This document shows, piece by piece, positions 17,929 through 28,239 of a DNA stretch of 64,000 nt. The DNA lies in IMG/VR virus record IMGVR_UViG_3300031992_004571. The stretch is one strand, 5' to 3'. A program made the translations under genes and the position numbers. Under the pieces are notes generated by a model that worked only from the letters and a program-made list of their open reading frames with translations, had not been told where the DNA came from and ran no database searches. The stretch's first letter is position 1, and every line of letters starts with the position of its first letter. Source of the DNA: a virus.

Positions 17929-18777
17929 ATGAATACCCAGACCGACAAAAACAGAAACTACAAGTACCAGGGCGATAACCCTATAGTAACAGGAGAAAAG
18001 GGAAAGTTCCGCTGTTACTATATCAATCACGATGACAAGGCCGTGAGCCGGGTACTCGAACTGGAACAACTGAACCATCCGATACTCACCGAAGCGGGAG
18101 TAAAGGCATGGATGGAGCGTGATATGGACTGTTACAACCAGAGGTATGGAATAATTTACATCCAACTGACTGATAAGATCTGCTACCGCCCGATAAGGAC
18201 TGTATGTGATGCAACAACACTGGATATCTTAGACGGCCAGACCGTTAAAGGATGGTATGACGGTTATGCCGAGGACTGTGAAAAGAACCTCAATAAGATG
18301 TTTACAATGATTGCCGCCATCCCCAAGGCACAAATGAAAGGTGAATACTATCCTAATAAGGCCGTCATCGATGCCTATCTGGCAGCGGGTATGATAAACG
18401 AGGCAGGGCAGCTCAGTGAACACCGTAATGCCATTATCGCACAGCGCGAAGCCGAGGAAAACCGCCGCCGCCAAGAGACAGAAGAGCGTGAACGTAAAGC
18501 CAAGGAGGAAGAGGCAGCGGAGATAGCACGGCAGATTGCTGAAGAAGAAGAGTCCCTGCGCACCAAAGGGCATATCACTGGATGGGGAGTAGTACAACTG
18601 TGTGACCGTGAAGGTATCAACATACACCTTCGCACACGTCACAATCTTCTGGAGGTAATAACCTATTTCGAGGGTGGAGCAGCACACTACAGATATTACG
18701 GCAAGAGAAAGCCAAATCTGGACGGTTGTTTCAACACCCTTCGGGAACTGAAAAACAAATTAGGAATAGCAGCGTGA
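17929..18777 (+). CDS. Hypothetical protein (282 aa) with a central E/R-rich coiled-coil
   Basis: Segment REAEENRRRQETEERERKAKEEEAAEIARQIAEEEE. Confidence 0.5.
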   Translation: MNTQTDKNRNYKYQGDNPIVTGEKGKFRCYYINHDDKAVSRVLELEQLNHPILTEAGVKAWMERDMDCYNQRYGIIYIQLTDKICYRPIRTVCDATTLDILDGQTVKGWYDGYAEDCEKNLNKMFTMIAAIPKAQMKGEYYPNKAVIDAYLAAGMINEAGQLSEHRNAIIAQREAEENRRRQETEERERKAKEEEAAEIARQIAEEEESLRTKGHITGWGVVQLCDREGINIHLRTRHNLLEVITYFEGGAAHYRYYGKRKPNLDGCFNTLRELKNKLGIAA

Positions 18778-18778
18778 T

Positions 18779-19027
18779 ATGGTTATCATCAACGGACATA
18801 CTTTCTACGAGGAACCTGGTTGTTGTGGCACATGCCCCTTCCTCATGACCGGCAACACCGACGTGCCAGGGATAGGGCATACCGCACAACGGGGTCTCTG
18901 TATCCAATGGAACGAGGAACACCATACTTGGGCGCATATCCCCAGACGGTGTGCCAAACTCTTCAAGAGAGCATTCCAACTTTATGACAACAGCGGACAA
19001 GAATTAGTAATAACCTCTAAAGAATAG
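18779..19027 (+). CDS. Hypothetical Cys/His-rich small protein (82 aa)
   Basis: Motif CCGTCPF...H...HH...C. Start overlaps the previous stop. Confidence 0.4.
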   Translation: MVIINGHTFYEEPGCCGTCPFLMTGNTDVPGIGHTAQRGLCIQWNEEHHTWAHIPRRCAKLFKRAFQLYDNSGQELVITSKE

Positions 19028-19032
19028 AAAAG

Positions 19033-19200
19033 ATGAAAATAAAGGTATTTTTGGCTATTACGATTTTCAATGGTAAAGCCGAAGCAAATCAGATTTCAGA
19101 GAAATACTTCAATGATTTCAACTGGAGATTGAAGATGCAGGAGAAAGCTAATGAAGGCGAGTATCAGATTTATTTTACTGAAACGGAAATAACTAAATAA
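19033..19200 (+). CDS. Small ORF (55 aa), not in track
   Basis: ATG at 19033 and TAA at 19198 fill the gap in the gene array. Protein MKIKVFLAITIFNGKAEANQ... Confidence 0.3.
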   Translation: MKIKVFLAITIFNGKAEANQISEKYFNDFNWRLKMQEKANEGEYQIYFTETEITK

Positions 19201-19208
19201 CAAAAGGT

Positions 19209-19532
19209 ATGAAAACAATTATCTGCAAGTTCAAGTCCGATGGTAAGGACATTAAAAAGACGGCTATCCTCGGTGACTGTCTTCTCTTCCTCTCGAAGTC
19301 TAAGAAGAACGAGGCTACAGACATCCTGCAGCCGGAAGAGTTAGATAACGAAAACGCATGGGCGATTTTCTTTGCAGTCACAGAAACACTCGGCTATGAA
19401 GTGCAATTCGAGTATGACCGCGAAGTAAACAGACAGACCTTCAAACCGATCAAGGCCATCACCTGGGACGGCTCAGAGCCGGACAAGGTGACTATAACGG
19501 ATGTTCAGAATGTTACAGTAACAGTCAAGTAA
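19209..19532 (+). CDS. Hypothetical protein (107 aa)
   Basis: ORF in the array. Confidence 0.45.
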   Translation: MKTIICKFKSDGKDIKKTAILGDCLLFLSKSKKNEATDILQPEELDNENAWAIFFAVTETLGYEVQFEYDREVNRQTFKPIKAITWDGSEPDKVTITDVQNVTVTVK

Positions 19533-19537
19533 AACCT

Positions 19538-20083
19538 ATGAGAACGAGCAAAGAAGAATGGGGGAGTTGGACTGACCGCTCCCTTTCATGGGACAGACAG
19601 AAGGAAATATCCCTTTCCTTCAAGGAGGGTACGACACCAGAACAGATGGTGATAGCCGCCATCGGGATAGCAAAGAGATATAACTGCAATATCCTAAAGC
19701 CTGTTGAATATACCTATGATGAGAGCAAGGCAGATCCTCACAAAATCGCCTTTACGGTGGAATGCCATAAGTTCACGTATAAATACTTCTATGAGGACGG
19801 CATCGGGCAACACCATAACAGCGAGACGGTGACGGAAAAGGATATCGCCAGATACAAGGAGCGTTTCGGTACCGACAAGTGCATCCACAGGGATTTCAAG
19901 AAGAAATTCTGGTACTCCAGTAACTGGAACGGTGAGACACGTGAGTTTCATTCGCTTAAGAAAGCCAAGGAGGCAGCAGCGAAAGAGATAGGGATGACAG
20001 TCTGGATCTACACCAACTTCCCATACGGCAGACCGTCAGAGATAGTATTTAAAGCCGAAGCATCAGGGATTACGCCTCCCTGA
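19538..20083 (+). CDS. Hypothetical protein (181 aa)
   Basis: Last ORF of array 1, convergent with the minus-strand block. Confidence 0.45.
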   Translation: MRTSKEEWGSWTDRSLSWDRQKEISLSFKEGTTPEQMVIAAIGIAKRYNCNILKPVEYTYDESKADPHKIAFTVECHKFTYKYFYEDGIGQHHNSETVTEKDIARYKERFGTDKCIHRDFKKKFWYSSNWNGETREFHSLKKAKEAAAKEIGMTVWIYTNFPYGRPSEIVFKAEASGITPP

Positions 20084-20383
20084 TGCTTTTGACTCTCTAC
20101 GTGCCTCCCTTATCAGCCGTCTCATGGCACACCGGGCAAAATGCTTGTTGCCCCGGCCTTTCTTATAATAGCGGTAGTGCCATTTCGACATTCCTCTCCA
20201 GAGTTGGTAATACGAACACCGTTCACTCCACGGCTTTCCAAAAACCGCAAAGCGAAGGTTTGCCAGGGATGGTGAAATATCCCTGTCCCAGAGCGTCCAA
20301 AAAACGACGAAAAACACACTGACGGCAATAAAGCCTATTATCACCCACACCACAACACCTGTGTAATAGAACAAACTACTCAT
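20063..20383 (-). CDS. Small membrane protein (start at internal Met)
   Basis: cat at 20381-20383. Protein MSSLFYYTGVVVWVIIGFIAVSVFFVVFWTL. The longer track ORF would overlap the upstream gene by 98 nt. Confidence 0.4.
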   Translation of the reverse strand: MSSLFYYTGVVVWVIIGFIAVSVFFVVFWTLWDRDISPSLANLRFAVFGKPWSERCSYYQLWRGMSKWHYRYYKKGRGNKHFARCAMRRLIREARRESKASGRRNP

Positions 20384-20816
20384 GCTCTTTCTCCTTTCCT
20401 GACTTATAGAAAAACTCCAGTTCCCCACCAGTGAGGAACCTGATAATATTCTGCAATGAATGGATATAGGCACATTCTATCCTGGTCCAACGCTTCTGGG
20501 TAAAGTCAGGCTGGAACTTGAATGTGCTATAGTGCTTCCTTTTGTCATACTTCCAATAGAGACGCATATCTCCGAAATAATATACCAGTTTCCATGCTCT
20601 TTCGTTAGACTCGATGAACCCTATATGACGAAGGATGTCACCAGTGATGGGCAATCCATTCACCTTATCATGCTTGGCACACAAGAGATTGTCATCCCAT
20701 AATACAGTAAGTGTGTCAGTATTTAACTTGACTACCTCACATGGCCCATATTCTATGCCGTCAACTTCGATAATAACCAGACTACCTAATGATAACTCTC
20801 GTATATTCATAATCAC
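20376..20816 (-). CDS. Hypothetical protein (146 aa)
   Basis: ORF with no recognisable motif. Confidence 0.45.
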   Translation of the reverse strand: MIMNIRELSLGSLVIIEVDGIEYGPCEVVKLNTDTLTVLWDDNLLCAKHDKVNGLPITGDILRHIGFIESNERAWKLVYYFGDMRLYWKYDKRKHYSTFKFQPDFTQKRWTRIECAYIHSLQNIIRFLTGGELEFFYKSGKEKEHE

Positions 20817-21301
20817 TTCTCGTTAAGTTTGACATATTTCCCTTCAATACAACACTGGCGAAGCACATCATCATTGTGCTTTCCCCATGCCACCAAACAA
20901 CTGCCGAAAAACGGCTCACTCTTGCGCCCGTCAGGGCAAATGAACTTCACCCTGTGACGCATAAACAGCATACTGTCTGCAGACGGAAAGATAACTTCCT
21001 GAAACAATAGGTTATCAGTACGGTTTACCAACAACGCTATGCCGTTATTATGAGCGGCCAGACGCTCCACAAACTGACGTAAAAGTATCCGTGAATAGGG
21101 TGGGTTAAGCCACACCCTGCCAGTCCATACCTTACTCAGACCGTCATCATTCTTAGTATAATGAACTTTTGCCGTATCAAACGGACGGTCTATCGGGCTG
21201 CACGGATCAAGGTCAAACTCACCCAATGCGTCAAGGATCCATTTCGGGGTGTACCATTCATCAGAGGACACCTTCTTATTCTTTTGCTGTCTTGTATCCA
21301 T
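20813..21301 (-). CDS. Orphan DNA N6-adenine methyltransferase, phage T1-type Dam family
   Basis: Motifs EWYTPKWILDALGEFDLDPCS and VWLNPPYS, which are diagnostic of the small phage Dam family. Confidence 0.75.
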   Translation of the reverse strand: MDTRQQKNKKVSSDEWYTPKWILDALGEFDLDPCSPIDRPFDTAKVHYTKNDDGLSKVWTGRVWLNPPYSRILLRQFVERLAAHNNGIALLVNRTDNLLFQEVIFPSADSMLFMRHRVKFICPDGRKSEPFFGSCLVAWGKHNDDVLRQCCIEGKYVKLNEK

Positions 21302-21420
21302 ATATTATTTAGCAACGTACAAATTTAACGTCAATTTCTTGTTTCTAAGAGAACAATACGCGCTGCACGGTGCATCTTATCTTCTCCATAGTACGCTCTT
21401 CTTATGCTTCACAGCAACAG

Positions 21421-22320
21421 TTACTTCTCTTCAAACAGACTCCAGTCACGACCGACGGACACCATCTTATTTCCAAACACATAAGCATCATTGAAATCGC
21501 TGGCCGCAAAATTCCTGATGCTATCCTTCCAATAGATCTTCATACTCTTCTCAATGGCTATCAGGGTAGTCTTATACAGAAACTCATTACACTCCTTTAT
21601 GTCGTATGGCTCAAAGCCATTGGCATGACGGTTAGACATCAGCCCGATAAGGTGCTGATTACAGAAACCCGCAGTCTGCTCAATCATCCGGAAGCTGCTC
21701 TCAAAGTCCACTATTGGCTCGACACTTACAAAGGTCTTTAATCCCCACTGGCGACACCACCGCATAGTCTCGATACGCTCAGCGTTCGACGGAGCATGTG
21801 GCTCCAAGTCGTCACGTCCTGTAAGCGTAAAACCGAGTGCGATATTTATCCTATACGGACTGTCAATGAACTTACGAAACAAAGCCTTTCCTGTTCCGGC
21901 ATTCTTTGTGAGAATCTTCACAGGAATGTTATTCTTGGCAGCATATAAAGCCGCCTGAATAGTCAACTCGTAAGTATCTTGTGATAATGGATCCGTAGTA
22001 AACGAGAAGAAAATACCATGCTTAGCCAGATGGCTATACCATTTCTCACACTCACGCTTGAATACCAGGAGGGCATACTGCTCACCTGTCAGGTTACGGT
22101 ATTTCTTGGGTACATTACACTCCTTACTGAAGGAGTCCTGCAGATGGGCGTAAGGGAGTCCATTCACTGGGGCTGTGATACCCGTCCGATTATAGCAATA
22201 CTCGCATTGAAACGGACAACCACGATAGAAGTTACAACCCACTGCTGCATACTCTCTGGCAGCACCGCCAGGAGTATACAGACATTTTCCGTTTAACTTA
22301 ATCTCTTTCATAATCTTCAA
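21421..22320 (-). CDS. Radical SAM protein, SplB/DNA-photolyase-like
   Basis: GCPFQCEYCY fits the CxxxCxYCY radical SAM cluster motif of the COG1533/SplB type. 299 aa. Confidence 0.55.
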   Translation of the reverse strand: MKIMKEIKLNGKCLYTPGGAAREYAAVGCNFYRGCPFQCEYCYNRTGITAPVNGLPYAHLQDSFSKECNVPKKYRNLTGEQYALLVFKRECEKWYSHLAKHGIFFSFTTDPLSQDTYELTIQAALYAAKNNIPVKILTKNAGTGKALFRKFIDSPYRINIALGFTLTGRDDLEPHAPSNAERIETMRWCRQWGLKTFVSVEPIVDFESSFRMIEQTAGFCNQHLIGLMSNRHANGFEPYDIKECNEFLYKTTLIAIEKSMKIYWKDSIRNFAASDFNDAYVFGNKMVSVGRDWSLFEEK

Positions 22321-22616
22321 TTATAATTTACGTCATTATCTTTCTTGTCTGGGTGCCTGAAATGATGACTGGTAGCATGGATCACATTCTCAATGATACG
22401 CTCAATGAAATGTTGTGGGCCAGTCTCACCATTCACGGCTGCACAGAAAATCATATCAGCAATAGAATCAATACCATTATCGGTTTTAACACCGACAATA
22501 CCTTCAACAGACTTGCCGGGCACATGATTGGCGACACAAAGCACATAGTCAAGGTTCTCGGCCTCCAGTTGGTCGCGAATGTCGGACAATAATTCATCAA
22601 ACTTCTCAGAATCCAT
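22317..22616 (-). CDS. Hypothetical protein (99 aa), translationally coupled to the radical SAM gene
   Basis: 4-nt overlap with the downstream gene. Confidence 0.4.
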   Translation of the reverse strand: MDSEKFDELLSDIRDQLEAENLDYVLCVANHVPGKSVEGIVGVKTDNGIDSIADMIFCAAVNGETGPQHFIERIIENVIHATSHHFRHPDKKDNDVNYN

Positions 22617-22618
22617 GG

Positions 22619-22912
22619 TTATTCCTCATTTTGATTATTAGACTTCATATACTTCAACCGCTTGTATGCTCTACTGGCGGTATCGTATTTCAACACGTCT
22701 TGGTTCTGAATAGTGCCGTTCTGTACTTCATCAGAATGAAGCAACAGATATCGTCCAAAGAAGAAATTCACTCTTTGGGCAACTCCCATCATCCAGTCAC
22801 AACAATAGTAGAGAATGCCAAATACCAGATAGCAGACGGCAAAGGGCAGGAATACCAACAGTATGACAACTGCCAAGGTATATTGCATATTTCTTGCATT
22901 ACGTAACGTCAT
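22619..22912 (-). CDS. Small membrane protein (97 aa)
   Basis: Two TM helices. Confidence 0.4.
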   Translation of the reverse strand: MTLRNARNMQYTLAVVILLVFLPFAVCYLVFGILYYCCDWMMGVAQRVNFFFGRYLLLHSDEVQNGTIQNQDVLKYDTASRAYKRLKYMKSNNQNEE

Positions 22913-22915
22913 AAC

Positions 22916-23740
22916 TCAATTCCTGTTAAACAACTTACTGTAATCATTCTTCATCTCCTGCTGACGCATACCGTCACGGTTCAGGAAATAGTACGGATCA
23001 TTCTCCAAGAGTTTGTCGTGTATGTCGTACAACTTTACGACATCACCGTAGATATCCTGCTGACCCTTGTAAAAATCCTCACGGTCAACATACGTCAGAT
23101 AACATTCGTAACGCTTACCTGGTCTTGAAACACCAAGGATGATACCGTGACGGGTAAACAGTGCCAGGTTATCATATCCCTCACAACGGGGAATGTTCTG
23201 ACTACGTAAGAAGTCATTTTCTTTCTCGCTGTGTCCGAAGTGGTGATATACAGCATCACTCACCATGGTAACACGCAGGGCATCGATAGCCATCAGGGCC
23301 ATTTCGTCAAAACCGTCCACCACAATATTGTTACGTTCCAAGTAACGCTGCTTGAAACGATGGAAGAAATGGGGTGAAAACTCGTAAAACGATATACCCT
23401 GCTGAATACCATCAGAGCGCATGGAACCGCCAATCATATAGATACCGGCACCGATATTCTCTGCCTTTGCACCATAGTCAACATAGAACTTCTGATAGGC
23501 GTTTGAAGAGAACATCACTCCTTTACGGAAGTTCGGCTTTTCACTGAAGCCAAGGATGATGTTCCATTTACCCATGCCTTTGTATTCACGACGGATTACA
23601 TGACGGAAAGGGTAAGTCTTTCTCTTTTTCAAAGTACGCTGGTTATTCTCTACCCAAGACAGCGCACTACTGCGAAGATCCAGTTCCAGACGTGAAGCCT
23701 GGCGTATCTTCTCTTCCGGGGTCATATTCTGTAAAATCAT
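22916..23740 (-). CDS. Hypothetical protein (~274 aa from internal Met)
   Basis: cat at 23738-23740 gives MILQNMTPEE and overlaps the ASCH stop by ATGA. Confidence 0.45.
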   Translation of the reverse strand: MILQNMTPEEKIRQASRLELDLRSSALSWVENNQRTLKKRKTYPFRHVIRREYKGMGKWNIILGFSEKPNFRKGVMFSSNAYQKFYVDYGAKAENIGAGIYMIGGSMRSDGIQQGISFYEFSPHFFHRFKQRYLERNNIVVDGFDEMALMAIDALRVTMVSDAVYHHFGHSEKENDFLRSQNIPRCEGYDNLALFTRHGIILGVSRPGKRYECYLTYVDREDFYKGQQDIYGDVVKLYDIHDKLLENDPYYFLNRDGMRQQEMKNDYSKLFNRN

Positions 23741-24105
23741 AGATGCTCTGTTTTGTTTCCCAAACGAATAATAAACACATCCTCGGCAGGAGCACCCCAT
23801 TCGGATTTTCCTTTGCCGATAACAATCTCCTTGATCTCAAAGAGAACACGACGAGAAGTATCACTTTTCTTCGGATAGCCCATAGTCAACTCTACATGGG
23901 TAAAGCCGCCAAAAGTCTTTCCGTTAAAACAGGAAAAGTCTTTCTTTTCGATGGCTATATCCATCAATATACGCCAAGATATCGGGTAGTTCTTCATGAT
24001 GCGTTTTGCCCAATACGGTGTAATGGCACGGTATTCCTCGGGCTTTATTCCAGAACACTCCATTTCAAACCATTCCTTTTTGACTGGCAAATACAGTATC
24101 TTCAT
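23737..24105 (-). CDS. ASCH (PUA-like) domain protein
   Basis: MKILYLPVKKEWFEM...KPEEYR matches the ASCH N-terminal signature. Confidence 0.55.
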   Translation of the reverse strand: MKILYLPVKKEWFEMECSGIKPEEYRAITPYWAKRIMKNYPISWRILMDIAIEKKDFSCFNGKTFGGFTHVELTMGYPKKSDTSRRVLFEIKEIVIGKGKSEWGAPAEDVFIIRLGNKTEHL

Positions 24106-24118
24106 CGTCGTAAAGTCC

Positions 24119-25276
24119 TTAGAACTCTTCGTATTTCACCACCTTTACGGGCTGCTGGAGTTTCCATCCGGCACCCTTCAACAGAAAAGCACACTCCTTG
24201 AAAAGCAGTTCCAAGTCGTTGGACGGCTCCTGACTCTGTTTCTCTTTCAGATAACACAGACAGAAGGCCGACATATCAAGACAACTGATATCGAGGTCAT
24301 CACATACTTGCTCGAAGAAATCAGCAAACTTTTCCTTTTTCGTGGGAAGAGTATAGCCTTTTTTCTCAGACTCTTCTTTCTTCGTCACAAGACCTTCCTT
24401 TGCCAGCGTGTCACGCTTGACAAACTTGATATTCTTCATGTCTTCCGTCGAATACATCTTCATTACCTCAACTGTCACCATGTCCGACTTCTTTGAGGTG
24501 TTACGGCTGATATGAAGGTAGAAGGCATCCTCTACGGTAACCTTGAAGAAAGAACATACAGCCTTACTGACTGTCAGGTCGCTGACAGAAAAACCATCAT
24601 TACGCTTGTACCATTTCAGATTACGATTCTTTGTCTTCTTAGCGAAGGACAGAAACAGATGACCCTTACGCTTCACCACTGAGGCAGAGTTAAGACCTTT
24701 GGCCTTAATGTCTGCAGCCAACTCAGGACTAAAGAAAATTCTGTTCTGACTATAGACGGCATGATAGGCCGACATTTCGATGGTGTGGTTCTCATCAGAG
24801 GAACATGCCTTGCAGTAGTTCCACAGATGATCGGGAGTGTTTGCATTGGAAACAAACTCCGATACTCTCTTCAACTTAAAGCAGCTGGGACAAAACTTGT
24901 AACCACTGGCAAGGGAATAGATATTCTCACCCTCACGGATGTCCGCGACTTCTGCTTTCGTCTCGGCAGCAGTAGTGTTTTGTGGTGCTTCTTTTTTCAG
25001 TTCCTCTAACCATAACTGGTTGATGTCGCCCTGCCACTCAGCTAACTCAATGTGACGCTTGAAACCAGCAGTGAACACGTCAGGCGCACAGACAGAACGA
25101 AGGAAATCATCATAATCCTTCATGGGTTCCCAAACCAACAATGAAGGTTTGGCACCCTCTGGGGTCATCCTATAACAGGAATGGGAATGATGACGGTTGT
25201 ACATCACATAGAACTTATCCTGTAAGTCCAAGACTGACAGAAAACTTTGAAATTTAGCAATCTCTGATTGTGTCAT
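24119..25276 (-). CDS. Hypothetical protein (385 aa) with Cys pairs
   Basis: CPSC...CKAC suggests a zinc ribbon. Confidence 0.45.
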   Translation of the reverse strand: MTQSEIAKFQSFLSVLDLQDKFYVMYNRHHSHSCYRMTPEGAKPSLLVWEPMKDYDDFLRSVCAPDVFTAGFKRHIELAEWQGDINQLWLEELKKEAPQNTTAAETKAEVADIREGENIYSLASGYKFCPSCFKLKRVSEFVSNANTPDHLWNYCKACSSDENHTIEMSAYHAVYSQNRIFFSPELAADIKAKGLNSASVVKRKGHLFLSFAKKTKNRNLKWYKRNDGFSVSDLTVSKAVCSFFKVTVEDAFYLHISRNTSKKSDMVTVEVMKMYSTEDMKNIKFVKRDTLAKEGLVTKKEESEKKGYTLPTKKEKFADFFEQVCDDLDISCLDMSAFCLCYLKEKQSQEPSNDLELLFKECAFLLKGAGWKLQQPVKVVKYEEF

Positions 25277-25303
25277 AATATTCTCGTTTTTGATTTCTCT
25301 TTA

Positions 25304-26320
25304 TTATTTATTTTCCTCGTGTTTTTTCAGATATTCTTCCGGCCAACATTTGTAACGCTTACGGAAAGCATCTCGCATACTGGCTATACCATCCTTATCG
25401 AGGTTATAGATGTTGTCAATAACCGCATGAGCGGAATGACATCCTGCTTCAATCTCAGAAACAACCTGGATCTTATTACGGACTTTCCCCGAATCATCGA
25501 CAATATCCTCCTGCACGGACTTCTGGGGACGGAGCCTATATCGTACTGACATATGGGGAAAGTACTTACGGAATGTAGATGCAAAAGCATCAATATTTTC
25601 TTTCTCCAAAAGTTCGTACTGCTCCTTTGTCACAGACAGTTGAATAAGCCTGTCTGAAACGAAAATCGTATCAATATAAACGTCGCTTACGATATTCTTT
25701 GTTTCTTTATCAGGAAAAAGACTACAGAAGTCACGAAGAAACTCCGGCCACTGACGGTAAACCGACTGACGAAGATTCTCTTCATTCTGCCGTCGGGCAA
25801 GATATTCTTCATTCATATATTCTTGACGCTTTGCTTCACATTCTTCAGCAAAATCCTTCAAGGCACAGGTGATAACCATCGGGTCAACCTTCCCGTAGAA
25901 CTTACCGAAATGACCGCACTTGAAACGATAGAAGAACATTTGCATCACAGAATACTTCATATCCTTGTACTCCTGGGCCAACAGCAGAGCCAGTTTCTTA
26001 GTCTGTTCATCGTCCATATTCTTGGAACCAGTGAACTTGTTCAGATTGGCAAGGGCTGTGACAAGCCACGACGAAGCAGACTCTGGCCCAAAAGCAGAGT
26101 CAAGCATCCCCAAAGTGGAATAACCCTCCATGATGGACTTACGTTCATCAGAGGCAAAGATTGCCTGCGTATCAGGATTCACTTCAACATTGAAGTTCTC
26201 ATACGACTGGTAACTCTTTCTGAGGTGTTCCACCGCCAGAGCGCAAGTCTTTGATGATGTTGACTGCGCCTGTATAGATGTCCTCGCCTGTGCGATAGCC
26301 GTTGTTACTGTCTGTTCCAT
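25304..26320 (-). CDS. Hypothetical protein (338 aa, probably shorter from an internal Met)
   Basis: The track ORF overlaps the upstream gene by 122 nt. An internal Met at ~26131 is the likely start. Confidence 0.4.
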   Translation of the reverse strand: MEQTVTTAIAQARTSIQAQSTSSKTCALAVEHLRKSYQSYENFNVEVNPDTQAIFASDERKSIMEGYSTLGMLDSAFGPESASSWLVTALANLNKFTGSKNMDDEQTKKLALLLAQEYKDMKYSVMQMFFYRFKCGHFGKFYGKVDPMVITCALKDFAEECEAKRQEYMNEEYLARRQNEENLRQSVYRQWPEFLRDFCSLFPDKETKNIVSDVYIDTIFVSDRLIQLSVTKEQYELLEKENIDAFASTFRKYFPHMSVRYRLRPQKSVQEDIVDDSGKVRNKIQVVSEIEAGCHSAHAVIDNIYNLDKDGIASMRDAFRKRYKCWPEEYLKKHEENK

Positions 26321-27167
26321 TAGTTCTATTTTTTTTGTTCAACTTATCTTCCTGGATAATCATCCAACTGCTGAAATGATGCTTTGCATCTCCGAGATTC
26401 TGATGACGTTTGCCGGAGATCTTGACTTCCTGCCCCCAACGCTGTAGGTATTCATCAAGAAGTTGCTCATTGACACCAAGAAACTTGAAACGCATGAAAA
26501 CCTGTTCCTTCCAGATGGGACTGGCGCGAAGCACGGTAATTTCTGCATCTACATCGGCGCACACCGTCTGGTCATCGGCACCTACCACCGGCCCCTCACC
26601 CTCGCGTGCACGGGTATCCGCACTCGAAGAGTGCTCTCCTTTACTTTCCTCTCCTTTACTTTGTGTACTTTTTCCGGAGTTATTCGGGGTTTCTTCCAAA
26701 TTATTATTTATTTCTTCCGAATTAAATATGGTTTGTTCCGAAGAAACTACCTTTTTATCGGAATTAACCTGATTAGGATTCAAGTTCACAACTAAATATG
26801 GAGTGTTATCCGGAAACTTACGTTTGGCGACAGTACAGAAGGAAATATAACGCTCCTGAATACCATGCGAAGTGAGTACCTGATGAGTATCGAAAACAGT
26901 CTTATCAAAAAGACCGATAGTGATGCAGTAATTGATAATGTCTTGAATTGTATCTTCCTCTAAACCAGAGATTTCAGAGACAATGAAAGGCAAATCTTCA
27001 TCCCAAGGCAGATAGTAGCCAGAGGCATATATCTGACATAACAGAATATGATAGACCGATACCGCCTGAACACCTTTATGGCGTATCAGTTTACGAATCT
27101 TAATGTCCTGATAGAAATTCACATCGTTCGTGAAATAATCAAGACCTTGCTTCTTTGGTCGTGCCAT
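26199..27167 (-). CDS. DUF4373 (Lin1244/Lin1753-like N-terminal) replication-initiator-like protein with a low-complexity SEE(T/I) linker
   Basis: MARPKKQGLDYFTNDVNFYQDIKIRKLIRHKGVQAVSVYHILLCQIY matches the DUF4373 phage replisome-organizer N-terminal pattern. Confidence 0.55.
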   Translation of the reverse strand: MARPKKQGLDYFTNDVNFYQDIKIRKLIRHKGVQAVSVYHILLCQIYASGYYLPWDEDLPFIVSEISGLEEDTIQDIINYCITIGLFDKTVFDTHQVLTSHGIQERYISFCTVAKRKFPDNTPYLVVNLNPNQVNSDKKVVSSEQTIFNSEEINNNLEETPNNSGKSTQSKGEESKGEHSSSADTRAREGEGPVVGADDQTVCADVDAEITVLRASPIWKEQVFMRFKFLGVNEQLLDEYLQRWGQEVKISGKRHQNLGDAKHHFSSWMIIQEDKLNKKNRTNGTDSNNGYRTGEDIYTGAVNIIKDLRSGGGTPQKELPVV

Positions 27168-27645
27168 AACAGGTGTTATTTAAGAGTAAACAATCATTGT
27201 TAGTAGTTTCTTCCGAAATAATTCGGGTTTCTTCCGAATTAACTACCGTTTCTTCCGAGGAAACTGTCTGTTTCTTTGGAATATCAAAAAAGTAAGGTAT
27301 AGACTCACTGTCTATCACTCCATCACCAGAGAGAATAAACTTGGATGGGATGGCTACCATACGACGCTGGGTGAAAGCCTCTTTGTCAAGAAGATCATTC
27401 TTTGCCATACGGCGTACAACCATCCCTACCAAGTTAGGGGTAATACCATCATGACGAGACGCAACCTTATGAAGGAAACGACTATCATAAGGCCGCTCAA
27501 AGCCCTCACTCGTAACCTCAAACAAGATGGTTACAATAAGGAAGGCTCCCTTGAAGCCAAACTCCTTCTGGATAGCCTTCACACAGGGGAATGTGTAAAA
27601 ACTACGACTAAGGTGAACTGCTTCGGCTGTTAAAGTCTTACTCAT
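27139..27645 (-). CDS. Second DUF4373-like protein (paralog) with a C-terminal SEET x3 repeat
   Basis: FYTFPCVKAIQKEFGFKGAFLIVTILFEV plus VSSEETVVNSEETRIISEETT. Confidence 0.45.
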   Translation of the reverse strand: MSKTLTAEAVHLSRSFYTFPCVKAIQKEFGFKGAFLIVTILFEVTSEGFERPYDSRFLHKVASRHDGITPNLVGMVVRRMAKNDLLDKEAFTQRRMVAIPSKFILSGDGVIDSESIPYFFDIPKKQTVSSEETVVNSEETRIISEETTNNDCLLLNNTCYGTTKEARS

Positions 27646-27665
27646 AATAATACAAAGGATAAATA

Positions 27666-28232
27666 CTATATGTCTTCACTAATACCGGCAACCAGAACGG
27701 CCATAGCACACTCCTGGGCCTCGAACACACTCATGCCGTCACGCCGACGTTCCTCATACTCTATCTCAGCAGCGTCGGCGCGCTCATTGATAAAGGTCTC
27801 ATCGTTCTTCTTCGGACTGTCTATCTCTTCGAGAAACTTACGGAGATACATCCCGTAGTACGACAGTTCTCTGGGGACATTATTTTCCATATTATTATTG
27901 GTTTTACTAACATAATTAACACAACCACCGTAGTACATCCATGCTGACAGTTTATCAACTACACGCAGGAGATCGAAAGTCATATCTTCATCATAATCAA
28001 GTTCCTTTAGGTTCTTGACGATGTTAGGGTTAGCCAACAGACCCTGAAGGGCTGCGGCTCCATACACATCCCGCCCACTCTCAGGGAGGTCAGGGAACAA
28101 AAGTTCGTCATCGGAATAACCTTCATCCATCCCACTATCATTGAGGTTAGGATAACCATTACTTTGACGGTACACCATGAAAGGCCCATGATCCGGCTCT
28201 TTCTTAAGCTTTGCTAAAATCCTGTTAAACAT
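27666..28232 (-). CDS. Hypothetical protein (188 aa)
   Basis: ORF with no recognisable motif. Confidence 0.4.
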   Translation of the reverse strand: MFNRILAKLKKEPDHGPFMVYRQSNGYPNLNDSGMDEGYSDDELLFPDLPESGRDVYGAAALQGLLANPNIVKNLKELDYDEDMTFDLLRVVDKLSAWMYYGGCVNYVSKTNNNMENNVPRELSYYGMYLRKFLEEIDSPKKNDETFINERADAAEIEYEERRRDGMSVFEAQECAMAVLVAGISEDI

Positions 28233-28239
28233 AATTCAA

